Below, piece by piece: positions 35,325-44,953 of a stretch of DNA of 50,773 bases. How positions within the stretch are numbered: the first letter of the stretch is position 1; every line of letters begins with the position of its first letter. Source of the DNA: Candidatus Micrarchaeota archaeon (GTDB taxonomy: Archaea > Micrarchaeota > Micrarchaeia > Anstonellales > Bilamarchaeaceae); the NCBI GenBank assembly GCA_043827025.1, contig JBDRPL010000020.1:1-50773 (forward strand), given 5' to 3'. Position numbers and translations under genes: made by a program. A model generated the notes under the pieces. That model searched no databases, was not told the origin of the DNA, and worked only from the letters and a program-made list of their open reading frames with translations.

Positions 35325-37598
35325 TCACTTGAAAAATTTGAAGAACTGCTCAAGGTCCATGACCAGGATCTTGTTTTGAAACCCTGCCTGGCTTGTCATG
35401 CTAAGAAATTCCTCGGTTTTGTCCTGAGGCGCAACCAGTATTATTCTGCTGTATTTCTCAAGCCTTCTCCTGAGCATGCTTAGTATCTCGGCTTTGTCCT
35501 TCTTTTTCCCCATCTCAATTTCCAGTGCAACTCTCTCTGATGCTATATCAACATCCAAGTCGGAAGTGTCTGGGCCATCCTTGATAGTAAACCCGTAGTT
35601 TCTCCTGGAAAGGTGATCAGCAATCAATGCAATGGTGGCAAAGTGCAGGGAAGATTTGTTTGGAACCTTTCTGACAATGAATATTGCTGCTTTTTTCGAG
35701 GTCAAATTCAGCTCTATTTCCTCCACCATGCCTGCTGATTTCATCTGCTGTAACACTTCATAGAACAATCTTACTGACATGTTCATTGACTTCAGGAGCT
35801 GTGTTTTCTGCATGCAGCCATTGCTCAGCTGAAGCTTCCTCATGATAACGTCCATTGCAATCTTATTTGGCACTTCTTCCTTGGTTTGCGCTATAGTCGC
35901 TTCCAAGGGTGCATTTTCATTTGTTTCTGGTTCTTTCTTAGGAGGTTCAATAGTTGGTGCCTCCAAATTTTTGTCGAGAAGCTTGGTCAAATACTTACGT
36001 TTCCATGGCGGCTCAAGCTTTATCATTATCGGATTCTTATGGATCGTGTTTGAATAGATGAACTGAAGCGGATTAAGGGAGCGGAGCATCTCAGCTGTCT
36101 TGTGTCTTCTTCTGTCTGATTTCACATTGTCATCAAAGGATCCTGCCATCAGCTTGGACACGTATTCGAAATCCACTGGCTCCTGAGAGAAAAATTGAAT
36201 TTTGGTAGCAGAATTCTGGATAAGGCTTTTGTTAAGAAGAATGTTGCTCTGGCCTGAAAGGATCAATGCTATGTTGTACTTCCTGGATTCTGCTGCAATT
36301 GCGTTGACTATGCTGGCATCTGTGTTGGGTATTATCTTTGGAGCCTCGTCCAATACAACAAACAGCTTGATCTGATTCCTGAGCTTCTCGGTTTTCAGCA
36401 TGTAGAAATACAGTCTTCTAAGGATCATCTCAACAAGGAATTTCTGGGTCGACTCATTGGAGACGTTCGCTAGGGCAATTACTGTAGGCTTGCTGACAAT
36501 GGTCTTGAAGGGTATGTCTGTCTTGCTGCCAAAGATGTTGCTGCCAAAGAGCGTGTCGAGTCTCCTGTAAAGGCCTGCCAGGCTATCCTGAGACTTTTTC
36601 GACTTGCTCGCCTTAAGCCTTTCCATAACCCTTTCCATCAGATCCTGGCTAGTGAAAGGTGTTTTAGTCCAGGTTCTCGGATCCTCTTCTATGATACCTC
36701 TTTCAGCATACATTTCATACAAAAGGTTCTCAAAAGTGAACTGCTGGATCTGGCCTAATGGGACAATTGAATGTATCATTGAAGTAAGCATGCTAATGTG
36801 CATTCTCGGGCTGTCTGAGAGCTCGAACACGTTGATGCTTATCTCATTCATATGAAACACTGCGCCTCCAAGCTTGGAAACCTCGTCTATGTACTCATTG
36901 TGGTAGTCAATCACCAGTACCGGCTTCTTCATCTTGAGTATGATATCTGCAACCATTGCCCTGAGCAGGGCGGATTTGCCTGTGCCGGAAATCCCGCTGA
37001 CTAGGATGTGGGGGTTGGAATTCTCCAAAGGATCCAAGTAAGCCCATTTTGAGCAGAATATGAAGAGAATGCAAAAACAAGCCCAAAACAAGTACAGCAA
37101 AAGAAATGGCAAGATTACCAAGATGCACACCAGCCAGAAGAACCTAAAAAACCTGGCAAATATGTAAAAAGCTAGAGCAAATCCAAGCGCCCGAAGAACT
37201 ATTTCTGGATATACCAGCAGCTTCAGGCCGGTATTCAGGCGTTTGTAGGAGTACCCTCGAAGCTCCTTCATCAAGTCTGTCAAGATTTTCCCAAGGAAGA
37301 TAGTGTGGTTTCTGCGGTTCCAGTCTATAAAGAAATTTATTAACCTCAATAGGGATGCATTGTCTTCTGGCTCATGCTTCATCTCTGCCTTTATGCTTGA
37401 CCAGATTGAGCAGCTTGTGGCTGCGCCTGTTATGGTAATTGCATAGGCTGCAAAGAAGATCTGGAAGAAGGCATTGTTACTATAGCCAAAGAAATAGAAA
37501 GCAAGCACCAGCAGCAGGCTTTCTGCCACCAGCGCCCAGACCAGCCTCCAGGTCTGCTTCTTCCAGAACTTTAAAATTGCATGGGTGCGAAGGTACAT
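35325..37598 (-). CDS. Membrane-anchored HerA/VirD4-like ATPase with C-terminal wHTH and PD-(D/E)xK-like domain
   Basis: About 4 N-terminal TM segments; HILVSGISGTGKS, IDYHNEY, VVLDEA, ESRKY..ALILSGQ; SDL...VALEIEMG. Confidence 0.85.
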   Translation of the reverse strand: MYLRTHAILKFWKKQTWRLVWALVAESLLLVLAFYFFGYSNNAFFQIFFAAYAITITGAATSCSIWSSIKAEMKHEPEDNASLLRLINFFIDWNRRNHTIFLGKILTDLMKELRGYSYKRLNTGLKLLVYPEIVLRALGFALAFYIFARFFRFFWLVCILVILPFLLLYLFWACFCILFIFCSKWAYLDPLENSNPHILVSGISGTGKSALLRAMVADIILKMKKPVLVIDYHNEYIDEVSKLGGAVFHMNEISINVFELSDSPRMHISMLTSMIHSIVPLGQIQQFTFENLLYEMYAERGIIEEDPRTWTKTPFTSQDLMERVMERLKASKSKKSQDSLAGLYRRLDTLFGSNIFGSKTDIPFKTIVSKPTVIALANVSNESTQKFLVEMILRRLYFYMLKTEKLRNQIKLFVVLDEAPKIIPNTDASIVNAIAAESRKYNIALILSGQSNILLNKSLIQNSATKIQFFSQEPVDFEYVSKLMAGSFDDNVKSDRRRHKTAEMLRSLNPLQFIYSNTIHKNPIMIKLEPPWKRKYLTKLLDKNLEAPTIEPPKKEPETNENAPLEATIAQTKEEVPNKIAMDVIMRKLQLSNGCMQKTQLLKSMNMSVRLFYEVLQQMKSAGMVEEIELNLTSKKAAIFIVRKVPNKSSLHFATIALIADHLSRRNYGFTIKDGPDTSDLDVDIASERVALEIEMGKKKDKAEILSMLRRRLEKYSRIILVAPQDKTEEFLSMTSQAGFQNKILVMDLEQFFKFFK

Positions 37599-37607
37599 GG
37601 CATGGTT

Positions 37608-37913
37608 CTAAGGGAATAGGAAATTGTATTCAGTTGGCACTTCAGTAAAAACCCTTAAGACCAACCAGAAAATTATGACCAAAATAAAGGTGTCAATCAG
37701 GCGGTCTCCCAAGGTCCGGTCATGCACAAGCTCGATCAGCATGAGCAACATCGCGAATACTATGAATATATCAAAAACCATTGCAAAGGAGCTTGCTGAA
37801 AGGAACCTGTATTTCAGCATCAGGATTATTATATTGATGGCTAGAAAAGTTAGCCACCAGTTGGGGTTCTTGAAGAACTCTTTCTTCGGTGTTGCTTTTT
37901 TGTCGTCTCCCAT
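37608..37913 (-). CDS. Small membrane protein (3 TM segments)
   Basis: Hydrophobic segments; immediately upstream of the membrane ATPase. Confidence 0.75.
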   Translation of the reverse strand: MGDDKKATPKKEFFKNPNWWLTFLAINIIILMLKYRFLSASSFAMVFDIFIVFAMLLMLIELVHDRTLGDRLIDTFILVIIFWLVLRVFTEVPTEYNFLFP

Positions 37914-37915
37914 GC

Positions 37916-38488
37916 TTATCTCTTGTCCTCTGAAACCATGTAGTCATATGACTTTTGGGCAACAAGAATCAGCTTTGGCAAATCGTTCGCATCGAAATTT
38001 GTTGTCCCTTTCCACTCTTCTGAATTTTTGTCGTAAAACTGCTTGGTTATCTGGGCATTGTATGAGATAAAAGCTGCATTTTCTCCGGACTGCGCCTGCC
38101 TAACGTGCTTGAATATGCTGCTTTGTATCCCTCCTGCCTTGAATGCCTTTACTGGCTTGTTTTTTACATCAACCAATTCTATCACCTCATTTTTATTATT
38201 GTTTTCGGGCCATGTCTTCAGCCCGTTGATCGGCAAGACAACCCCTTTCGCATTCTCAATCTCCTGCACATCATCTTCTATTGTCTTGACATCTGTATGC
38301 AGAAAGAAGGCAAGGTCTTGCAATGTCAATGGTTGCTTGGCATCATAGAAGCTGTATGCATATTTTTCAATTATCCTCTGTCTTAGCTTATCCAGGCCTT
38401 CCGCATTTAATATTTTTATATCTTCGTCATCAAGGTATATCTCAACCTGGATCTCCTTTACTTCTTGTGCTTCCTTCTTCTTTTGCAT
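37916..38488 (-). CDS. DUF1670-like HTH fused to PC4/Whirly-like putative ssDNA-binding domain
   Basis: LTLQDLAFFLHTDVKTIEDDV...GVVLP; C-terminal half aligns by eye with 29338..29664. Confidence 0.65.
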   Translation of the reverse strand: MQKKKEAQEVKEIQVEIYLDDEDIKILNAEGLDKLRQRIIEKYAYSFYDAKQPLTLQDLAFFLHTDVKTIEDDVQEIENAKGVVLPINGLKTWPENNNKNEVIELVDVKNKPVKAFKAGGIQSSIFKHVRQAQSGENAAFISYNAQITKQFYDKNSEEWKGTTNFDANDLPKLILVAQKSYDYMVSEDKR

Positions 38489-38825
38489 TCTTGCCTCTAG
38501 TTCGCAACATTATCCCTTCCTTCTCCTGAATATTTCGGATATCCCTGCTGATGGTCTTTACTGAAGAGGTTAACAGGTTGCCCAGCTCTTCCAATGACAG
38601 AAGGGATTCTTGATTTTCACATTCGCTGCAGATTCTTTTAAGCTTGTGCTGCCTCAAGCCCGCAACGCCTTTAATTCTTGCTATGCCTGCATCCTCTTCT
38701 GATGATACAGTGATCTTAATTTCTTTTTTCTCGCATTTGCTGCGCTTCTTGTACCAGGGTTCCTTGTCACTTATTCCAATGATATTTATGAACTGGTCCA
38801 TCAAACCTCCTGTCATAGGAGTCAA
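38442..38825 (-). CDS. DUF1670-like HTH protein
   Basis: LRQHKLKRICSECENQESLLSLEELGNLL..SVKTISRDI...GIMLRTRG. Confidence 0.75.
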   Translation of the reverse strand: MTPMTGGLMDQFINIIGISDKEPWYKKRSKCEKKEIKITVSSEEDAGIARIKGVAGLRQHKLKRICSECENQESLLSLEELGNLLTSSVKTISRDIRNIQEKEGIMLRTRGKNAKEEGSTRSKGDPG

Positions 38826-39123
38826 TGGCTGACTCGACCGTTTGGATGTATAAGTTTTAAATCTGAAAAACTAGTATTTTAATTTGTCCTGGCATTTGTC
38901 CTATAGACGAGACAAATAACCAATCATCATGGCAAAACTCTTAATTTTGCATGCCTATTTGGTAAAAATAATACATTTATTGATAAGTTGCATCTCAAGA
39001 AGATGTTCCTTAATGCTATTGAATACCCTTATATAATACCCCCCAGAAACCTTCAAAAAGCCTTAATCAGGCTTGATTTTAGGACAATAACAAGAATACG
39101 TTATAAAATCCGTTAAAATCCTT

Positions 39124-39140
39124 AAAAAAAAAAAAAAAAA
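39124..39140 (-). terminator. T17 tract directly after the stop of 39141..39587; likely archaeal oligo-U terminator
   Basis: 17 consecutive A on + strand abutting the stop codon. Confidence 0.55.
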
Positions 39141-39587
39141 TTAAAAATAATATCTCCTGGTATTGCCAGCGTGCTGCCTTTCCAGGAATTTGTTGCATAG
39201 CCCCCCGGAGGGCCTTGGCTTTCCTGCATCATACAGTTCCTGCAACCGTTCAGTAGGCGGAGCAATAGCTCTTCCGTGGAACCTGCTCTCAATGCTTTGC
39301 CTTTTCCTAGCGGTAACACGCTCGTCCAATGCCATGAAGTCTTCGCTTCTGCAATCATTTGCAATGACCCAAAAACCCATCATGCACTTGTATATCGGCT
39401 CTTCCCTGAGATCAAGGAAATCATCAATTGATTCAAAAATTTTCCAATTGAAAAATTCCTTCACCTTGCCTTTCGGCTTGAGTTCGCAATTGGATAATAA
39501 TCCATTGCCGCATGATTTGCACGGTTCCCTGCTTGGAATCCTGCCTTGCTTTACAATGACAATGTCATCCATGGCTATCGCCTCCAA
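39141..39587 (-). CDS. Hypothetical Cys-containing protein
   Basis: 148 aa; CKSC...C...C...C; GGAGG RBS. Confidence 0.65.
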   Translation of the reverse strand: MEAIAMDDIVIVKQGRIPSREPCKSCGNGLLSNCELKPKGKVKEFFNWKIFESIDDFLDLREEPIYKCMMGFWVIANDCRSEDFMALDERVTARKRQSIESRFHGRAIAPPTERLQELYDAGKPRPSGGLCNKFLERQHAGNTRRYYF

Positions 39588-39634
39588 AAAATAATTCGGC
39601 TAATAATAAAAAAATAAAAAGAAAATCCTGCAAT

Positions 39635-39796
39635 CTATTTTGCTGGTTTAGGATCATCGTGCACCTCGTCTCTGTCTACGTCAATGTTGTGCATTTCTTC
39701 TATCCTGCGCCTGGCTCTTTCCTTTTGCCATTCTCTCTCTCTTTCGTATATGAAATCTTCATCTGCTTCTTTCTGCAGATCTGTGTTTTGTTTCAT
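39635..39796 (-). CDS. Small charged protein (53 aa), not in ORF track
   Basis: MKQNTDLQKEADEDFIYEREREWQKERARRRIEEMHNIDVDRDEVHDDPKPAK; ATGA overlap with upstream gene, GGAGG RBS. Confidence 0.65.
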   Translation of the reverse strand: MKQNTDLQKEADEDFIYEREREWQKERARRRIEEMHNIDVDRDEVHDDPKPAK

Positions 39797-40077
39797 TTTG
39801 AATCGCCTCCTGCGTTGTTCGCTGTTGCTGTAATGCAGCTGTCTTTGTACGCGCTCTCAATGAGCAATGCCAATCGTGGCAAATCGTCAATCTTCAGTGT
39901 TTTTGAAACCTGAAAGTTTCCTGCTCTGTCTCTGTATATCCTTTCTATGGATACTGCGATGTAAGTTGTGGTCTTGTCTTCTGCTTCTGCTGTGTTCTGC
40001 CATAGCTTTACTGCTAAATTCCTGTCCCTGAATGTTTTCATTGGTGGGTTCGTTGTCTTTTGTTCTTGCTTTTTCAT
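39793..40077 (-). CDS. PC4/Whirly-like putative ssDNA-binding protein (third paralogue)
   Basis: PMKTFR...VKLWQN...VSIERIYRDRAGNFQVSKTLKIDDLP; AGGAGG RBS before ATG 40077. Confidence 0.65.
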   Translation of the reverse strand: MKKQEQKTTNPPMKTFRDRNLAVKLWQNTAEAEDKTTTYIAVSIERIYRDRAGNFQVSKTLKIDDLPRLALLIESAYKDSCITATANNAGGDSK

Positions 40078-40081
40078 TTTA

Positions 40082-40560
40082 GTTTTCCTCCTATTGTGTG
40101 TTTTTGGTTGTTCTAAAAAATAAAGAAAAAATTGAAAAAATAGTTCAAAATCTGCTGGTCTAATAATCAAAAAATAATGACCTTTCCAGTGGGCTGTATT
40201 CTTGTGCTTTGATGCTCAATTCGCTCAAATACTGGTATAATCTCATTACTGTTATAATGCGTCCTGTGTTGTCTCTCAGACAAACTACTGGTTCTGCTAT
40301 AATGCAATTGTGTTGCACTTCGTCTCTTGTTAAATTCCAAGATCCTTTGATCTGCTGCTTTATGTGGTCAATTAAAATGCTGTCTTCGGCACTTAATAAA
40401 TCAATCAATACTGCTAATCCTTGTTCTGGGTTGTTAAATACATAATCTCTTGTTGGGATTAATGTTTGTGTTTTCATGTGGTTTTCCTCCTAATGTGTGT
40501 ATATTGTTTGGTGTTCTTCTGTTCTAAAAAATAAAGAAAAAAATTAAAAAATGGTTAAAT
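40082..40560. repeat. Duplicated intergenic unit (about 40082-40150 and 40481-40560)
   Basis: Shared GTTTTCCTCCTA.TGTGTG and GTTCTAAAAAATAAAGAAAAAA blocks. Confidence 0.85.
40160..40477 (-). CDS. Hypothetical protein, paralogue of 40574..40804
   Basis: Shared CxxAExVxCLRDNTGxxIxVMRLYxxL. Confidence 0.75.
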   Translation of the reverse strand: MKTQTLIPTRDYVFNNPEQGLAVLIDLLSAEDSILIDHIKQQIKGSWNLTRDEVQHNCIIAEPVVCLRDNTGRIITVMRLYQYLSELSIKAQEYSPLERSLFFDY

Positions 40561-40573
40561 TCCTGTGTTAATT

Positions 40574-40804
40574 CTAGTGTTCAATGCGTTTGTTCGCTTT
40601 TACTAAAAAGTCATATAGTCTCATAACTACTATCATGTGTCCTGTGTTGTCTCTTAAACAAATTACTGCTTCTGCTAAATTGCATTTCTGCTCTCTGTTG
40701 TTGTAATTGCTGTTTATGCTGCTGTTTACTGTATCTTCATACAATAAATTATAAAATACTGCTAATTCCTTTTGCGAATTAGTTAATAATTGTTCTAAGT
40801 CCAT
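40574..40804 (-). CDS. Hypothetical protein, paralogue of 40160..40477
   Basis: GGAGGTG RBS before ATG 40804; shared C-terminal motif. Confidence 0.7.
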   Translation of the reverse strand: MDLEQLLTNSQKELAVFYNLLYEDTVNSSINSNYNNREQKCNLAEAVICLRDNTGHMIVVMRLYDFLVKANKRIEH

Positions 40805-40823
40805 GTGTTTTTGCACCTCCTTC

Positions 40824-40964
40824 TGGTATATTGCAAAATATTATGGTATAGAATGTGTGGTAAAAATTTGGAAAGCTGTTGCTATCCTAAAATGGGTTCA
40901 TCGTCGATAAAAAAATAAACGACTAATAAAAAATACTTGTGGTATATGTTGTGGTATGTGGTAA
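40824..40964 (+). repeat. Six (TG)TGGTA direct repeats in an intergenic region
   Basis: TGGTA at 40824, 40844, 40858, 40940, 40952, 40959. Confidence 0.65.
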
Positions 40965-40990
40965 ATAAATAAATAAACGTGAGTTGTGAT

Positions 40991-43990
40991 TCATGGTGAT
41001 TCCCGCCGCTTCTTGCTGAAGATTTTTCTTATGTGCTTCACGCTGAGTTTCGGGTTTGGAGCGATGCCTGCCTTCTCAAGCAGGCCGTAAATGTCATACT
41101 CATCTTTTGGATCTATTGCCACGATCCAGACTTCATCAAAGCCTGCATCGAGGCACTTCCTGGCATTCTTGACTGTCTGCTCGGGATTCTCCAGGCCAGT
41201 CTCAATCTCATGCGCTCTAGTGAATATCACCTTGCCATCTGAGTTGAGCTTCTGGGCTACCATGTCAACCCTTTCCTTTGTGGGACTTCCAGGTATCTCG
41301 TATTCTGTGAATGTGATGAACTTGTTTTCTCTGTAGGTCTTGGCCAGGTCTTCAATATAGAACTGATGATCTGCCTTGCCATAACTTTGGTTTCCTTTAA
41401 GCTCTATCCCGTACTTCTTGATTTCCTCCCTGGCTTCTGGGAGGATTCCTGATATTGTTATAGGGGTTCGGGCTATGCTCAGAGGCCTTACAGAATAATT
41501 ATCAATGAATCCTTTGTCTTTTAGTGATTTTTTGATTTCATTTGCCTCGCCTGTGTTGGTAAGCTTGAGCTTTGCATTCCTTTCTGTGACAGACAGGAAA
41601 GGATCTGCAGCAATATCCTTCAAATATTCCAGCTCTTTTGGGTTAAGCACTGTTTCCTCAACGCGAAGTTTCTTTGCCTGTTCAAGCTCTTTTTTGAACG
41701 CCTCGTGGATCCTTTTTTCCTTTTCAAATGCTTTTACTTTGCCCTCAAACCGCATCCTCACCTTCTCATATATCGAGGCTTCGAGTTTCTTGATGTCTTC
41801 TGGTTTATCCTCAGCTTGCTTGTCATACTTTGAGCCTTCGTAAAGGTACTTGTCAATGTCGGGATCGCGGTTCAGGAAGTTTTCCATCCTGCCTCTGAAT
41901 ATCAGGAATTCATCTGAATCTGATTTCTGCTCAGGGTGCTTCTCATAGAAAGGCTTCATGTGCTCAATGATCTCATCGTCTGAAACTGAAAACCTTTCCA
42001 CTCTCTCTGTCTTTATCAGGAACGGTTCTTTGTCCATCATCTTCACGATTGCAACATTAGGTGGTAGGCGCTGAAAGAGAGCTTTGTGCGAATCATCAAG
42101 CCCCATCAATTTGCACAAGTTGCCTTCTGAGTCAACTGAGTTGAACACTATCTTGGTGTTGCTGTTGGTGAGCAAGGCCTCTGAGAGGCCGGCTGTGCCC
42201 TGGTTGGCTGAGATGTTGCCTATGCCGTACTTCCTATCAAGCCTGTAAGAGAGAGCGATATCCGATTCCCTTGTAAGGGTCTCATACTCGAGTTGGCTTA
42301 CCTCGTCATGGATCACTACCACTTTCAGACCGTACTCTGAATTTTTTGCCTCTTCCTCCATGACAAGCCGAAGCATTGTGCTTACAATCGAGTTAATGAT
42401 TATGAATGAATTGCTGGTCAAGCCAGAACAGTCAAGTATGATATCGTATTCTTTGACTATCTCCTTGAAATCTAAGGACGTGGGTGTGTGAAATATTGGG
42501 TCCCATGTGCCATCCATGTTTTTTGGCATTATGAAGTCAAATCTGAAGTCTGCCTGCGCAATTTTTTCTTTGCGGTAGTATCCCAATTTTACAGTTTCCA
42601 ACATCTTCTCGTAGAGATGAGAGGCAACCTTAAGGTCAATCATAGAGGGGATACGATTGTCCTTGTTCGCATTTCTAATCACTGCTGTGCAAAGCTGAAG
42701 GATCAGTGTATAAGTTGGTTCCTGAATCTGAAGAGGGTTTTTCAGGCTGTCCCATATTTTTCTGACCCAAATCACCGGTGAATCTTTTGTTTGAGACTTG
42801 AAAAGATTCAGCCTAAGAGGAGTAAGAAGATTTCCAACTTTGAATACTAAGATTTTCCGGTGTGGAAACAGCTTGGCCAGCTGGTTAAATTCGGAGGTTG
42901 GTGAAATCACAATTAATTTTGGGGTTGTGGTTTTTTTGCTCAGTATCTTAGCGGATGCATCCAACAGAAAGCCTGTCTTGCCCTGTCCTGTGCTTCCTAT
43001 TATTGATGCGTGCTGCTGCAGTGCCTGCATAGGGAAATTGAACCTGCCTACAGGCAAGTCCCGATGAAGGACGCTGCCAAGGCATACTGTGCCATCGCTT
43101 GGATTAAAAATAGGAACATTAAATGAAGGGAGCTCCAAAGATTTTTCAATCTGGAGCGGAAGCTGGGCGAATGCTGACAATTCCTCTGCGTTGATGTAGG
43201 TAGTAAGGTTCAGTGTTTTTATCTCCCTTGATATGATGCTGCTGTAGATATCATGAAATTCTGCTGGCTGGAATTTAAGGGTTCCCCTGTCTGAAAACAT
43301 GGTCTCGCACATTTTCCCAAGAACTTGCAGATCTTTGCCAGATTCATTCCCTGCAGTTATCAAGATTGCTTGCAGAGTTCCGTAGCCCAATCTCCTGGCT
43401 GTCTCAATCCTTGTCATCTCTTCTTTTGATCTTTCCAATTGGGTCTTAAGAGCAGGAAGGCTCTTTGAGAACATTTCCAGATAACCATAGTCATTGCTCA
43501 CAATGCTCTGGTGCAGGCTTAAAATTTCTTCAGCCACTCTTCTGTACAGTATCAAGAGTTCCACATTGGATGCGCATTCCATCGCTGCCTGAACAAATGC
43601 TGCCATCTGGCTGCTGTCTGCAATTGCTTGGGGGATCCCAACAAGGCATCCTGCCTGTATCTTTGCCTTGGAGTCAAAGTTAGCTGTGAAATATTGGTTT
43701 TCCTGTTCAGCAGTTAGATGTTGAAATCCTATGTGGTGCCTTGATAGGGTTTTTGACATAAGATTTGCCTTTGCTGCGCTTAATCGGGAAATATTAGACG
43801 CTGATGAAGCATACATGGTGCAGCCTATTGACATCCTCACTTTCCTGCTGCAAATCGAGATGGATAGAAAGCTGTTGGGAAGGCTGTTCATGATGCTGCT
43901 AAGCGCCTGGGTGTCACAAGATTCAGGCCTAGCCATGATCTGCACTGCGGACATTCCAGGAACCACGCTTAAGGCAAGGTCATTGCTCAT
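40991..43990 (-). CDS. HerA/VirB4-like ATPase with C-terminal wHTH and PD-(D/E)xK-like domain
   Basis: QHASIIGSTGQGKT, VVIHDE, RKYGIG...NQ; GKADH...RVDMV...AHEIETG; GGAGG RBS before ATG 43990. Confidence 0.85.
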   Translation of the reverse strand: MSNDLALSVVPGMSAVQIMARPESCDTQALSSIMNSLPNSFLSISICSRKVRMSIGCTMYASSASNISRLSAAKANLMSKTLSRHHIGFQHLTAEQENQYFTANFDSKAKIQAGCLVGIPQAIADSSQMAAFVQAAMECASNVELLILYRRVAEEILSLHQSIVSNDYGYLEMFSKSLPALKTQLERSKEEMTRIETARRLGYGTLQAILITAGNESGKDLQVLGKMCETMFSDRGTLKFQPAEFHDIYSSIISREIKTLNLTTYINAEELSAFAQLPLQIEKSLELPSFNVPIFNPSDGTVCLGSVLHRDLPVGRFNFPMQALQQHASIIGSTGQGKTGFLLDASAKILSKKTTTPKLIVISPTSEFNQLAKLFPHRKILVFKVGNLLTPLRLNLFKSQTKDSPVIWVRKIWDSLKNPLQIQEPTYTLILQLCTAVIRNANKDNRIPSMIDLKVASHLYEKMLETVKLGYYRKEKIAQADFRFDFIMPKNMDGTWDPIFHTPTSLDFKEIVKEYDIILDCSGLTSNSFIIINSIVSTMLRLVMEEEAKNSEYGLKVVVIHDEVSQLEYETLTRESDIALSYRLDRKYGIGNISANQGTAGLSEALLTNSNTKIVFNSVDSEGNLCKLMGLDDSHKALFQRLPPNVAIVKMMDKEPFLIKTERVERFSVSDDEIIEHMKPFYEKHPEQKSDSDEFLIFRGRMENFLNRDPDIDKYLYEGSKYDKQAEDKPEDIKKLEASIYEKVRMRFEGKVKAFEKEKRIHEAFKKELEQAKKLRVEETVLNPKELEYLKDIAADPFLSVTERNAKLKLTNTGEANEIKKSLKDKGFIDNYSVRPLSIARTPITISGILPEAREEIKKYGIELKGNQSYGKADHQFYIEDLAKTYRENKFITFTEYEIPGSPTKERVDMVAQKLNSDGKVIFTRAHEIETGLENPEQTVKNARKCLDAGFDEVWIVAIDPKDEYDIYGLLEKAGIAPNPKLSVKHIRKIFSKKRRESP

Positions 43991-44394
43991 CTTAACAGCT
44001 CCTCCACTTCGATGCCGTTGAATATGTTTACATGAGCAATCCATCTTCGTTCAGGATAGTGCCTGCATGTTTTTACTATTCTAGATCTCATGGCCATGTA
44101 GAGGATTCCGCCGCAGTCAAGCTTGCTGCATATCGGGCAAAACACAGGGACAGCATACACCCCAAAATTGTAAAGCATTGTCTGCTGGAACTGCCTGATT
44201 TTCATGGCAAGAGCTGCATTCACTCCACTTTGAGAGGGATAGCTGTCCGGAGAATTCGGAAGCAACTGCTGAGTGAAAGTGTTGTAATTGACTTGAGCAG
44301 GTCTGAGCTCATGGCCGCAGGTTTCGCAAGGCTGGCCTACCTTCTCATCGGGATACACTTGCTTGCAGTTTTCGCATTGAAGCATTTGGCTCAC
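43987..44394 (-). CDS. Zinc-ribbon protein
   Basis: CENC...CETC, CPIC...C. Confidence 0.7.
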   Translation of the reverse strand: MSQMLQCENCKQVYPDEKVGQPCETCGHELRPAQVNYNTFTQQLLPNSPDSYPSQSGVNAALAMKIRQFQQTMLYNFGVYAVPVFCPICSKLDCGGILYMAMRSRIVKTCRHYPERRWIAHVNIFNGIEVEELLR

Positions 44395-44594
44395 CAGTAT
44401 TCTATCAACTCTAGATCAATCTTGCCATCCTCATCTATTGTGAGCATGGCTTTGTTTTTTGCTAAGCAATTAGGGTTTGGGCAAAGTTTTTTTTGTCGAA
44501 CTCTGTCTGCTATCGGCAACCATAGCATATAGCCGCATTTCCAGCAAGGAAATCTGAATGGCTTGAATTCTTCAACTGGAAGTATTTGTGTCAT
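44391..44594 (-). CDS. Small zinc-ribbon protein
   Basis: CWKC...CPNPNC; GGTGA RBS. Confidence 0.7.
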   Translation of the reverse strand: MTQILPVEEFKPFRFPCWKCGYMLWLPIADRVRQKKLCPNPNCLAKNKAMLTIDEDGKIDLELIEYW

Positions 44595-44609
44595 TTTTGC
44601 ATCACCCTT

Positions 44610-44951
44610 TCATGGTCTGATAATGAATTTAAGCAGGTAGGGATAATTCCCACTCCTTAGTGTTGCTGAAACAACATTCATGGCTTTGAGCTTTAGAAGA
44701 TCATTTATCGGATCATTTTGCATTGCAAAAATATCTTTTTTCGCTTCCAAATTGATTTTCTGCAGCTGAAAGCTCAAGTCAAATTCTGTTGTTATCGGCG
44801 GTTTTTGCTGACTTGTTTGCGGCATTATGCCTGGCTGAAACCCCTGCATCATGTTTAATGAGCCATGTCCTGGTGCCTGCCCATAACTGCTGGACTGATC
44901 TCCATCCGGTACATCATCTTCAAAAAAAGCCTGTTCTTGTTCGTCTTCCAT
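44610..44951 (-). CDS. Hypothetical protein
   Basis: GGAGGTGA RBS; in the gene array. Confidence 0.7.
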   Translation of the reverse strand: MEDEQEQAFFEDDVPDGDQSSSYGQAPGHGSLNMMQGFQPGIMPQTSQQKPPITTEFDLSFQLQKINLEAKKDIFAMQNDPINDLLKLKAMNVVSATLRSGNYPYLLKFIIRP

Positions 44952-44953
44952 TC

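Noticed and set aside
35111..35353. 80-aa ORF after the membrane ATPase, and the many antisense/nested ORFs in the track (e.g. 4171..4836, 24774..25307, 44032..44532)
   Set aside because: No clear RBS or motifs; they overlap or shadow well-supported genes.
39124..39140. Phase-variable homopolymer
   Set aside because: It is intergenic and directly after a stop codon; a terminator is the simpler explanation.
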